Shown here piece by piece: positions 49,265-61,883 of a stretch of DNA of 64,000 bases. The stretch's first letter is position 1, and every line of letters begins with the position of its first letter. Origin of the DNA: Psammoneis japonica (Eukaryota); contig QPGO01000091.1 of the NCBI GenBank assembly GCA_008632985.1, positions 248,001-312,000 of the forward strand, written 5' to 3'. The position numbers and the translations under genes are program-made. The notes beneath the pieces were generated by a model. It was given only the letters and a program-made list of their open reading frames with translations. It was not told the DNA's origin and searched no databases.

Positions 49265-49823
49265 TGTTCATTCCTCTCGAATGGAAAGCAAGTACAATGA
49301 CAGCAGTTGATGCCAATCCCATCAAATACCAAATTCGCGGTTTGTTTTTCAGCACAAGATCAAAATTTGGAATCGTTTCAAATTTGTCGTGTCTCCCTCC
49401 ACCTAATTCAACGACGCTTGTACGTAGGATTTGTATGAGACTGAGGTCATTGATCAATGTCGCAACGCAATCGTGAATAAATAGAGAAACGTCAGTGTTT
49501 AACCAAAGGTTATTTATGCAAGAGTCATTGTCTTGTAAGATTTATGGATTTGATTGCTTAGGGAAGGCACATACAAAATGTCTCGGTATGAATTTTCATC
49601 CATTTCCTTAGAAACGGAATGATAGGGTCACACAAACGGGGTGCAATGACAGACGGTGTATGTCGACAACCGTTCAATAAAAATTTCTAAAATCTCCATC
49701 CAACACTCGACAATCGTTGCGGTTGCTGTTTTGTCACTCTGCAGCATACCGTAGCAGGAATAATCATCGTAGATCGCAAGCTACGTTGTTTCATCTCTCA
49801 AGTCTGCTCCAACCACTATCAAC

Positions 49824-52500
49824 ATGGGCCGTCGTTGGAACAAAAAACGCAAGGCCGAAGATCGGGCGAGAAAGAAAAATAGCAACAAGTCACGCAAGGA
49901 CTATGTTCCGATTTTTCAGGGACACCCGCGCATGGAGGCCTACTATGCACTTCAGGGATTGCACTCTCACTCGATTCAAAAAGATGGAACGTTGAAAGAA
50001 TGCAAGACAAATCAAGAGCATGAAGACGAACGTGCCTTGTGGTTGAGCACCATGCGTCACACTTTGCCCGCATCGTTTCGGATTGGAACTTACGTCGACG
50101 AGTCGTTGCGGGAACGATTGGAACACGAGTTGGACGTGCACGTGGGGACGGAAATGGAGATTGTCGTCGAAGAAGACGAGGAGCGGCATTTTGTGGACCC
50201 ATCCAAACAACCTGCCGCTTCGAAGGACCAAGATGAAAAGAAGACTAAAACGAACACGAAACAGATTGCTCCCGCGAGAAAAATTCCCTTTGTTCCACAC
50301 GCTTATCAACTCAGTGTCGATCGTCAAACCATTCGTCGTAACGAAGCCTTGACGGTCTTTCATGAATGGCTCAAGGTTCAAACGACTGCCGGGTTCATTA
50401 CAAGACAGGAAACCGTCTCTATGATTCCTCCCGTTGTGTTGGACGTACAACCTCATCACATGGTATTAGACATGTGTGCAGCGCCGGGTTCCAAAACGTC
50501 ACAACTCTTGGAACAAGTATCAACGCCATGTAGTAAGGGTGATTACGAGCCACGCGGATGCGTCGTGGCGAATGATTCCGATGCCAAACGGGCCTACATG
50601 CTGGTGCACCAGTTGCGTCGCATCAACAGTCCAGCCGCCTTGGTGACGGCGTGTGACGCACAATTCTTTCCTCTGCTGAAATCTAAAGAGGATACGCAAA
50701 ACGGCAAGGAGGGCATGTTTGATCGAGGTGAGAATATTCTATTGTTGATTATGAGTGTCTTTATTGTTTCGTCGTATTGCTAAGCTTCTCGCTGTTATTT
50801 TTCGTCTACTTTCAGTTCTCTGTGACGTTCCCTGTTCGGGAGACGGCACGGCGAGAAAGAATCCAGGGATTTGGAAACACTGGAATAACCTTGGTGCCTT
50901 GGCGTTGCACCCCTTGCAAATCTCAATCACCTTGAATGGCGCTCGGCTCACCAAGGTTGGTGGTTACGTTTGTTATTCCACGTGCTCCATGAATCCCATT
51001 GAAAACGAAGCCGTCGTGGCCGAAATTTTGCGATCCACGGACGGATCTCTGGAATTGGTGGATAAACGTCCGGACCTGCCAGGCCTCGTGGCACGTCCTG
51101 GTTGGACATCGTGGAAAGTGCTCGCCGAAAAGGGGACTCGCAAACAAGCGAAAAACAAGAAAAAGAAGAACAATGCCAAAATGAGGGCAAGGAAAGCGGC
51201 GTGGGAAGAAAAGCAGAATAAAGAAGAGGCAAAAGGGGACGGAGACGAAGAGCCTCCGAACAAGATTCAGAAAGACGAAGAAACGGCAGATGTTACAGCA
51301 GAAACCAAGGACAATGTCGAGGATGACAAGTCATCAGAAACGGCAGATGACGAAGAAGATACGATCAAAAACTTAGGTCCTCCGCCTGCGTGGGATGAAG
51401 AAACCCTGTCTGAGCGAGCCAAGTTGGCAGGCTTGGAGGAATTCAAAACGTTTCAAGATGTTCCCGAGGAACGTCGCCGTAGGATTCGTGAGTCCTGCTT
51501 TCCTCCTACAGAGGAGGAGGCGGCAAAGTTTGGTCTAGAGAAGTGTTTGCGCTGTCTTCCCCATGATATGGATACGGGTGGATTCTTTGTCGCACTCTTT
51601 AAAAAGGTCGCCCCGCTTGGTGAAAAGGCAAAGGAGCGTGCAAGGATTCTTGCATTGGAAATTCGTGGTGACGTGAATGAAGACGGGACATACAAGACTG
51701 CAGAGGATGGTACAGACGTCAAGGACTCCTCGGCCGTGTCCGCTTCTGAGACTGGAGACGACGTCCTTATGAAGGACGCAGCCGAGGAAACTGAATCGAA
51801 CATATCGGTCAAAGATGAAGACAATGGCGTTAATGAGGAGGAGAAATGTTCTACTAACGCCAACAACAAGATTGTTAAAGGGAACGCCCTCCATCGTGGA
51901 CGAAACAGGACTCGTGGCAATTTGGGGAACGAAAATTTTATACCAATTAGCGAGGATATCTGGGAATCACATGTTGAGTATTATGGATTTTCCTCGTCCT
52001 TTCCTAAAAGCCAGTTCATGGTGAGAGCAAATGGCGGCGCCAAGGTGCTGTATTTCATTTCGAACACCATCAAGACAGAATTGATGGATCGTGGTATCCA
52101 GGAACGTGTCACCATTATCAACTCGGGTCTCAAGGGATTCGAACGCAACAACAAGGATTGCGACGTCAAGTATCGTGTTTCACAAGAAGCCATTCATTAC
52201 GTTGCGCCTCACATGACAAAACGAAAAATCGTTTGCAGCTTCCAAGACTTTTCTGCCTGTTTAGCCCCAGGAGCTGTTCGCTTTGATAAGCTTTCTTCGG
52301 AATTTGTGGATGCCGTGCGGCCATTTACGGTGGGGTCCTTTGTTGTAGCGTTGGAGGGTCACGAGGACAATATACTCAAGAAAATGTTTATGGTGATGTG
52401 GAGATGCAGGGTTGATGCTATCAACTGCTTGGTGAACAAGGCCGAAATGGATGGGATGAGAAGCAAGCTCCGAGCGATCGAAAACGAGGCAAAAGAGTAA
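49824..52500 (+). CDS. NSUN2: tRNA (cytosine-5)-methyltransferase NSUN2/NCL1/Trm4; intron 50728-50815
   Basis: ITRQETVSMIPP, VLDMCAAPGSKT, FDRV|LCDVPCSGDG, YSTCSMNPIENEAVV, CLRCLPHDMDTGGFFVA. Confidence 0.93.
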
Positions 52501-52544
52501 ACATCATTCGTTCGTCTACTCATACAAAATGTAATGTCGCACAT

Positions 52545-54350
52545 CTATCTTATTAATGTTACGCATACGTCCGCGACGTTCGTACCTGTAGGTCCCGTCT
52601 TGATGAGTGGACAATGGGTGTCATTGCCATTCTGGTTTTGAAAGTAGTTGTATGCATCATGATTCTGCAGTGCATCCTCCGCAGTAAAGGATGACGAGTC
52701 CAAGCGGTCAATTGTACTTGCGTCGACAACAGCGCCAGCGGCATCTGTAGGCCCGTCTGTTCCGTCTGTACCAGCGCTGGCAACTACAACATTCTTCAAG
52801 TTAAGATTCTTTAATCTCACTGCAGCAGCCAACGCAAGTTCTTGGTTCCGTCCACCCTTGCCGTTGCTATTTGTCAATGTGACTGTAGTTTCGCCGCCGC
52901 CAATCAGTGCCGCGGGTAGTTTTGCCAAGGCGAAATTGCTGGAAAGCGAATTGGATTCTTGTTGTTTCGCCAAATGCTGAGCCATGGCTACGTACATTCC
53001 AGCAGCCTCTTTCGCCTCCCCTTCTATTTGTGTTCCCAAGACCACCGGATTGTAACCCCGTCGTTGAGCTTCCGTAGCAGCCGCATGGACAGCCAGCCCA
53101 TTGTTTCCAACCAAGACAGTTTCGCATTTTCCCTTTGTGGCAAACACGGGGTGGTCACTCGTTGGTGTGTCGTCAAGCTTACCGTCGAGTCCCATCTTGA
53201 GCACGCCAAGAGCGGTATCTGGTAGACAGAAATCGTTTTCTGACTTGTCCAATTTGTATTTTTCCACAAGCGTCCATGCGTCCTGCCATGTACTGGAATC
53301 AGGCACGGTCGGTCCGCTCGCAATCAAATCCAACGGGTCCCCGATAACATCACTCAGAACCAGTGTCAGGACGGTGGACGGATATGCCTTGGCTGCCAAC
53401 CAACCACCCTTTCCATCCTCCAATCGCTTCCGAATGACATTGATTTCTTGTATTGTCATGCCAGACGCCAACAAACAAGAATTGGTTTGTTGCAAATCGT
53501 CAATTGACAACAAGTTTGATTTTGGATAACAAAACAAGGACGAACCACCTCCACTTATACAACAAACCAACAAGGTACGATCCGATGCCGCAGAGGTTAC
53601 CGAGTCCATAATTAACTCTGCCGCCTTTACAGAACGCTCGTCTGGAATGGGATGAGATGCTTCAAAAACGTCAACGCCAAAGCTCTTCAAGTAGTCCTTT
53701 TCAGCTGTTGCATCGTCACAAAAACGAAATGTGAGCATCTCAAGATTAACCCTATTCAATCAAATATATCTCCCCCCTATTATCCTCACCTTGTGATGCA
53801 TGAGTATCTTTCACCACCACTATACCCTTCATTTTCGCATCCGGCATGGCTTGCTTGATTCGTTCTGCAGCTGCCGTGGCCATGGCCGATGAAGCCTTGC
53901 CAAACGATATCAAAAGCACATTGTCGTAATCTTTTGCAAGGTATATCCGTGAATCATCAGCTCGCAGCTCTCCCTCTTGAGGAGCTTCCAAGTGCGATGC
54001 TACTGCCGTCTGTGGATCAACAGCCTGAATCGCTTCTCGAATCATGGCTAACGCATCCACTGTCATTTCGTCCGTCACGGATTGTTTGGCAGAAAACAAT
54101 CGTCTCTGAAGAGTAAATCTGTCGTATCGTCGTCTCGACAAACCCCATTGCTCATGTCGGTGTTGTGTCAGTGGAATCGTTCCAAACGAATCGACTGAAG
54201 TGTGAAACGACGACACCAGAGCCGCCGTTGCCAATACTTTGGAACAGGGAAACCGCACGACGCCACCTCTTCTTTTTCTGGGTTTGATATGGAATACCGA
54301 AAGCTATACGTATTACTAGATGGCGGCTTCATTTTCTTCATCATGAACAT
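52545..54350 (-). CDS. GLYCTK: Glycerate kinase, MOFRL/TtuD (GLYCTK-like) family, probable organelle-targeting N-terminus; intron 53789-53705; start uncertain (apparent frameshift near 54280)
   Basis: SFGKASSAMA, EASHPIPD, CISGGGSSL, LSDVIGDPLDLIASGPT, GGETTV, GGRNQELAL, GTDGTDGPTDAAG, TGPTGTNVAD. Confidence 0.88.
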
Positions 54351-54659
54351 TGTGAAAGAGATCAGAAGCGACGAGTCAGTGGTGGCATGTGTCGAGCGAT
54401 TGTTGCCTCCATTTTTGTTCTCGGATTCCATTCTTTCATCGCGCGCCAATGACGTGGATTCTTCAACTTGCCCTCGCATCTCGCGCGCGCTCGAGCGTTG
54501 TTTGTGTGTCCTCCTCCTACATGGGTGTGAGCATTCGATTCCCAGCGTTTGGAGTTCAGAGTGAGGTCTCCGAGAGGTTACCTCTAGAGCAGCAGACTAG
54601 GAAACGGAGCAATCAGCGGTTCTCTGCTCTAGCATTAAGCAAGGTAGACTTTAATTCTT

Positions 54660-55947
54660 GTGTTGTTGAGAAATGCAAAGAAGGATTGAATTTCATCAGC
54701 TTGGTTCTTGCTCAGGTCTTGAAATGTCCTCCACACATGAAATTCCAAGAAAACAAAAAACCCGCAGCACCAGCTTTGTCATTGTTTCGTTTGTCAACGA
54801 GATGTCACTCGACAATTGATTTGCACTCAGTGACACAATGCTCCACACTTGGTCAGTGTGTGATCCTCATGCGAACTGAGCTGAGTGGTGGAATTGCATC
54901 CGTCGTTCTTTGCGCTTGAATGTTCGCAGCGTTCACAAACTCGCACTCCTTGTCTTCCAAATTCTTGAAGCGTGGGCCAGATGGGTTGGGGTAATTTGCT
55001 CATTCACATTCTCTCTGTGGGCCCTGGTTCCCATGCATCTCGCATCGAAAACAGGCAATGTCCAGCTGGCGCAAAAAGCAATCATGTGGTTTCTGCACAT
55101 CGCGTTTCACACAAGGAGCCGCCATGCCACGCCATCAAGTCCTTGCAAGGGTGCCTCCTCATCATCTGAGTGCGCAAACATCTTGGATGCAGGCCCTGTT
55201 GGGAATCAGCCAGCCTTGGTAAATGCCGGGCTGCACACATTGAATCGACTCCTCATCGCGCATCAGACAACTCGCCCAAATCGTCAGCGAGCTCTTTGGT
55301 CATCATTCTCCAATCTGCAGGTGCTCAATGTGTTACGTTCATTTCCTGCTAAGATGATTTAGACATGGGACGTAGGTGGGGATGCAGCTCCTTGTCCGAC
55401 AAGGTAAAGTTTTGGTCACATCCCATGCAAAAAAAAAACTGAATCCACACTTTTAAAGGACCGTCTCTTCTCCGGTGTGGCAACTGCATTCAACACTGGC
55501 AAGTCGAATGTGACCTTCCTTGTTTGCTTCAATGGGAACAGCACCAGAATGAGCAGTGACCTTGTCCATGGCCATGAAGGTGTGCTCACAACAATGCTCT
55601 CTCTGCACCCAACTTGACGCCCACAAACACGCAATGTCTTCCGACAAATGTGCTCCCAACAAGCAACACCCGTTTGCCTTGCACATTGGCTTTCAAGTCA
55701 CGAGCTTCATCAGAATGAATTACCGTGCCTTTGAAAGGCTTGCAAAGACCTTGACTAGAGATTCTGGAATGTGCGAAACACAGTCCGGTTGAGGAGTTCG
55801 TTCAAAGCATGTGAAAAACGGAAGAGGACAAAAGGCGCCAGCAGTCTTCCTCTTCATTCTTTTCTTGTGTCATTTTTCGGTGTGTCTTAATTGCTTGACT
55901 AAAGCGCCACACCCGAACACGGCAATGGTTGGAGCTTTTGTCGTCAT
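54660..55947 (-). pseudogene. Flavin-containing monooxygenase (FMO) pseudogene, internally deleted and TpA-eroded
   Basis: MTTKAPTIAVFGCG (first Rossmann motif, ATG 55947); PFKGTVIHS (FxGxxxH fingerprint, about 55711-55738); GKRVLLVGS..SEDIA (second Rossmann motif); VDSVFF/CMGCD corresponds to DxVIFCTGY; frameshifts and stops. 3' limit approximate. Confidence 0.7.
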
Positions 55948-56361
55948 TGTCGATGTTGTTTTGTAGGGCGTCAGTTCGTTGGTGAAAATTGAAATTGTGA
56001 GACGGCCGTTGTGTTTGGGTTAGCGGTTTGTCTCACCGAACACCAGAACGAACCCCCACCATAAATAAGAGCTCTCAAAATTTTCATGAACGCGAACTAT
56101 CTACAACGGCTACATATTATTAATATTCTACATATTCAAATATATTGGATAATCGACGAATTTTCCCTCACACTTTGAATGCATCAACGCGAGAAAACCG
56201 GTTGTCGTTTGGCATCTCTTTGTGCTGACAAAAACTCCAAAAAGTACCGCAACCTTCCTTTTGATAAAACACCCTAGAGGTGCCTGCCTACCTACCTACC
56301 AGTATAATCTTCTCTGGTGATTCGTAAACTGTATTGAAATCACGGCAGAGTTCTTCAGCAC

Positions 56362-58342
56362 ATGCTGAAATCGAAAGGTTCACACATGCTGCCAAAGCGG
56401 CAAAAAGTGGAGGGTCAAGGTACACCTGGTTTTCCCCATCCAAACGAGAACAGAGACTACCCGATACTACCAGATTTGTTCATTCCCCTGGACAACACAG
56501 AGCAACCTTATCCTCCGCCATGGCTCAACAATACTCAAACGGCACAACGCGACGACTACCCTCAACAGCATCTTGCAAGCGTATCGGCGAGACAAATAAT
56601 TGACGGTATGTTTGAGCCTTAAAGAAGATTGAAGATATCCTCAGAAACTCACTTGTAACGTTTTCCTTGATATTATATCTAGGGATCAATCATGCAGTGT
56701 CATACAGTCAACGGATCGAATCTATCCAAACAGCACTACAAGCGTTTCATCACAAAAATGAGCAAATGCACAATTACGAATATGATCTTGGTGCGACGAA
56801 TGCGCTATGTCTCAAATTAGGCTATGTCGTTTTACAAAGTGGTGTTCTTTCTCCACAGCAGCAGCAAGACGGAGTTCAAAAGAATGCTGGCAAGCTCTAT
56901 TCAGAGATTGCCATGATTTGCTTTGCGCTTCGAATGGTGTATGGATGCTCGGCAGACCGGAGGATACATTCGTTTCAAGAAATTGCCGAAAGCGAACTTC
57001 TCCCACTTCTTATACAGATTCTGGACAGCGTCACTCACGACACCACCGTATCAGACAAGATTTTTTGTGCACGAAATGATGTAGTATTCAGAAGTCTGCA
57101 GGTCGTTCGTGTCTTTTCGAAGCTCAACGTTGCCAAGCATTATCTTGTCGGGTCAAATCTACTGAGCACTTTGGTGGACGTGCTACAATCATTTCCAGCA
57201 CCAGACTTTGTCGACCAAAACAACACTGTTTTTCACATACGAATGGAAACGCTTGGTTTGATCAAGGACTTGGCGTTTCGAAGCAACGACGATGACAAAC
57301 AAATAATATTTCACACGAGCAAGCTTGTTCCCGTAATGATCAATCTTTGCTCACCTCAGGATTATCTTGATACTGGGATATCCACAATGCCAATCGAATG
57401 AGAGAGACTGTAGCAGCAATCTTTTGGAACATCGCTATGTCGACCCATGTCAGCATTGAAATGACAAAACGACCTGATGCGCTCTCTATCTTGATTCAAA
57501 TGATTTCGGATGAGAATTCCAAGACGAGAAAGAATGCAACTAGTGCATTAGGAAATCTAGCAACCATGCCGGAGAATCACGATAGACTTCTAACCCACGA
57601 CGGTGGCGCTTTGATTCGAGAGCTTCTTCGAGCTACAACGGAAGACGCAGACAGCGACAGCCGTAGACGATCCATGAGGACGATTCGATGTCTTTCATCC
57701 AAAGCCACTGCACCAATTTTGCTTCAACATGATCATTTTGCTGATATCCTGGTTCAGTCAATTTCAGATGAAACCGATCGAGATACGAGAATACAAGCCT
57801 GTGAAGCCGTGGCGCGCATTTCGTCGTTCGACGGGAGTATTGTTCCAAAACTGGTAGATACATTGGTGCACGTTGTCGAATCAGAGAAGGATCCAAAGCT
57901 AATCGTTGCAGCTTGTAGAGCACTAGCATCGTTTATATCGCAAACTGAAGAAGCTTCGAAACAAGAATATTCTGTTGCCTTTTTTCAGAGTTTGGAGAAC
58001 GCTATTCGCAATTCGAGAAGCAGCGTTGGTGCCCACGACACTACTGCGACGCTGATCAGCCAATTAGAGCAAAACGAGAGATCGAAAATAGAAATGACAA
58101 GTGTCGAAGTGCTAAATTGTTTGGCTATGCTAATATCACAGGTTGGTCCAGAGTTTGATGCTTCAAGGTCAGAGGCGGTAAGGCTTGTTGCCAGACTAGC
58201 AAGCGTGGAGGCAAACAAAAGACCGATGGCAGAGCATGAAGCGCTATTATCATCTCTCGTGAACTTTGCTCTCGTCGCGCCCGAAGGCGATAAGAAGAAT
58301 GATGCAAAGGGAGTTATTCTTAAACTTGTACCAGAGCTATAA
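56362..58342 (+). CDS. Armadillo-repeat protein; intron 56606-56682; apparent frameshift at about 57397
   Basis: ARM-like helices (RKNATSALGNLA, RRRSMRTIRCLS, RIQACEAVARIS, EAVRLVARLASVEANKRPMAEHEALLSSLV); GAATGAGA junction needs one extra base. Confidence 0.75.
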
Positions 58343-58355
58343 ACTTTACAATAGA

Positions 58356-61349
58356 CTACTTTGCCACGATGTTCAAGATTCGCCCAGGTACATAAATAAT
58401 TTTCTTGACGTCTTTTCCATCCACTTGCGCTGCAACTTTGTTCTGTTCCATCGCTAGTTCCATAGCTTCATCCTGACTTGCATCCTTTGCAATTTCAATT
58501 GACGCTCTTGCCTTTCCATTCACTTGGACGCCCATTGTGATTGTGTTTTCAATGCATAGCGCCTCGTCGTATTCAACCCATGGATGGTATGCGAGAGAGT
58601 CTTCGTTGCCAAGCATGTTCCAACACTCCTCTCCAAGATGCGGAGCAAACGGTGACACCATGAGGGCTAGCTTCTCCGCAGCCTCGCGAGGCACGTTGTC
58701 TTTCAAAGATTGGAGATGATTTGTAAAGACCATCAGAGTGGAAATTGCCGTGTTAAACGCCATTGTTTCGATGTCTTCTGTTACCTTCTTCATCGTTTTG
58801 TGAAGAAGTCTTTCTGTCTCCTCGTCCATTTCCTTCACATTATTGGCAGCAGCTGTTTTTACAACATTGTAAGCCTTTGCCTCAAATCGAACGACACCGG
58901 CAACTTGACTAGTCTGCCACGGCTTGACCGCCTCAAGCGGTCCCATAAACATTTCGTATAATCTCAAGGCATCCGCGCCTTGACCATCCACAATATCATC
59001 GGGATTCACCACATTACCACGACTTTTCGACATCTTTACAATACGATAAGAGCGAGGGAGAGTTCAGAAATCGCTTGAGTAGAAGAATCGCAACATACAG
59101 ACTGTCTAGTGTCATTTCAAAAAGACCAACCTTCTCGCCATCGGTGCCAAGAATCATTCCTTGGTGCACAAGTTTCTGGAAAGGCTCCGGATGCTCAGTG
59201 TAGCCAAGATCATATAGGACCTGATGCCAGAAACGAGCATAAAGCAAATGAAGAACAGCATGCTCTGAACCTCCCACATAAAGGTCTACCGGCATCCAAT
59301 CCTTATCAACCTGCTTGCTGAATGCTTCCTTGTTGTTCTTTGGGTCGAGGAATCGAAAGTAGTACCAACAGCTCCCGGCCCATTGCGGCATGGTGTTTGT
59401 TTCACGAGCAAACCACTTGCCATCTTTTTGAAAATAACGCCAGTCCTTGGCTCGTGCCAGACATCCAGCAGGATCATCACCAGGCTCAAAGTTATCCATC
59501 TCGGGCAGTTTTAGTGGCAAATCGGCTTCGTCAACCGGAATGGGTTGATCGAAACGAATCGTGTGCTCGCAGTCAACGTCTTTTGGATTGACAGACGCAG
59601 GATCGACGCCATCGGGGAAATCAACTGGAAAGTAGATTGGAATGGGTTCTCCCCAGTATCGCTGTCTCGAAAAGACCCAATCGCGAAGCTTGTACGTGAC
59701 TTTTGGTCCGCCCTTGCCGAGCTCCGAGAGTTTCTTGGCAACCGCCTTTTTCGCCTTTCCAGTCGCGAGTCCATCAAATTCCCCGCTATTGATGTTCACT
59801 CCTGGTTCTGTGTACGCTTCTTCCGTGTTGAGTTCTCCTTTCTTTGGTTCGACCACCCACTTGACATCGAGTCCAAACTTGGCCGCAAAGGCAAAATCAC
59901 GGCTATCATGAGCCGGTACCGCCATGACGGCTCCCGTTCCATACGACCCCAACACATAATCACCCACCCATATTGGAACGCGATCACCAGAAATGGGATG
60001 AATGGCGTATCCACCCGTAAAGACACCCGTCTTTTCCTTGGCAGCCGTACGATCCAAATCCGACCGTGATGATGTTTTCTGAACATATTCTTCAACAGCA
60101 TCCTTTTGCTCATCGGAACAAATGGACGACACCAAGGGATGCTCTGGTGCCAGAGTCACATAGGTGACACCCATGAGCGTATCGGCGCGCGTCGTAAAGA
60201 CCGAAATATTCTGTAGGGACGTCTGGGGTGTGAGTGTCGTAGTTCAATCCGATGCGTCTCGTATTCCTTTTACCAATCACACTCACCTCATCTTCCATTC
60301 CTTCAATGGCAAAATCAATATTGCATCCCGTACTTTTTCCAATCCACTGTTGTTGTGCCGTAAGCGTTCCACTCGGCCATTGCAACCCATCCAAACCCGC
60401 CTCGAGCCGATCGGCATAATCGGTAATTTTCAAGACCCACTGACGAAGAGGCAAACGTTCGACGGGATGATCTCCACGCTCTGACAGGCCGTTAATGACT
60501 TCCTCATTGGCCAACACGGTCCCAAGTGCCGGACACCAATTGACTGACACTTCCGACTGTGTGGCGAGGCCTTTTTTGAAAAGCTACAGTGGTGTAGAGT
60601 GTGAAAAAAGAAACGAGTCAATTCAATGCATACAGCTACGAAAACCAGCTTTCATTTACACATTTTTCCCAGGCAACAACATTCACTCACTTGCAAAAAG
60701 ATCCATTGAGTCCACTGCACATACGCCACATCGGTCGTGGCGATTTCTCGGTCCCAATCATAACTGAAACCCAACATTTTGAGCTGTCGTCGAAAGTTAT
60801 CGATATTTGATTTTGTGGTTTCGGCCGGCTGTGCACCCGTTTGAATGGCAAACTGTTCCGCAGGTAATCCAAACGAGTCCCAACCAATGGGATGCAACAC
60901 ATCGAAACCCTTCATGCGCCAATAACGAGACATGACGTCGGAAGCTAGAAAAACGGGAAAACAGTTAGTGAGCTTATGCTGAACACAAAAGTGATCAACT
61001 ACTACAACACTACCGTACCTGTATAACCCTCGGGATGCCCCACATGCAATCCAGCTCCGGATGGATAGGGAAACATGTCTAAAACATATTTTTTCGGCTT
61101 GTCGGGAGATCGTTCCGGTGTTTTAAATGTCTGATTCTCTTCCCAATAGGCTTGCCATTTTTGTTCCACTTCGGCAAAAGGATATGTCGTTGATGCAGCT
61201 GCTGCTGGCTCTTGTTGTTGTTGCGTCGTGCTCATCCATGTTGACGAAGAAGAAGCTCTTGCAAACCGGGCAACTCGACAAGGTACAAACGCGGATGCAA
61301 CCCGAAACATCATCATTACCACCACCCAACAAAAAGCCGATTGTTTCAT
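58356..61349 (-). CDS. leuS: Leucyl-tRNA synthetase, bacterial/organellar type with ASAF bipartite targeting signal; introns 61018-60945, 60690-60584, 60286-60211, 59130-59034
   Basis: [18 protein letters not shown] (HIGH), [58 protein letters not shown] (KMSKS across an intron), [12 protein letters not shown]-terminal RVASAFVP. Confidence 0.95.
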
Positions 61350-61883
61350 TCTGATTTTCTCGAAAAAAAAGAAACCTCTTGCCTTTCAATCAAAAATTCT
61401 CGATACCAACAGACAATCAGCCCTTCAATCTTTGATATTCACAATCTCAAACAAACAGCAATAGCTAACAGACGAAGATCGTTGTGATGGTCCTATCCGC
61501 ATCACCGCACCTTTGTCAGATTTCAGAAAGAACGTCAGATTTTTTCTTTGTCATGTTGTGCGGTGGCGGCAGGGTTCGTCAACAAAATTCCGGATTCCCA
61601 CATGATACGTATCGGCAGGAATGGAGTATTCTAATCTTCAAGACTGAAGTAAAACATTATATATTTATCCCGAAAATCGTAATATAAATATTTATGATCA
61701 TTCCTAATCCACAAATCTGAATATTCATTCGTGCGAAACAAATTCCAAACCAACGCAAGAGGAGAGTGGCTCACACAAATAATAATAATGCCATTGTTGT
61801 TATATGTTTCATGGGACTGTTTGTTGTTGCGGATGCAATAGAGAGTGAGGCGTCTATTGTTTGACAAGACCACAAAAAGAAGG

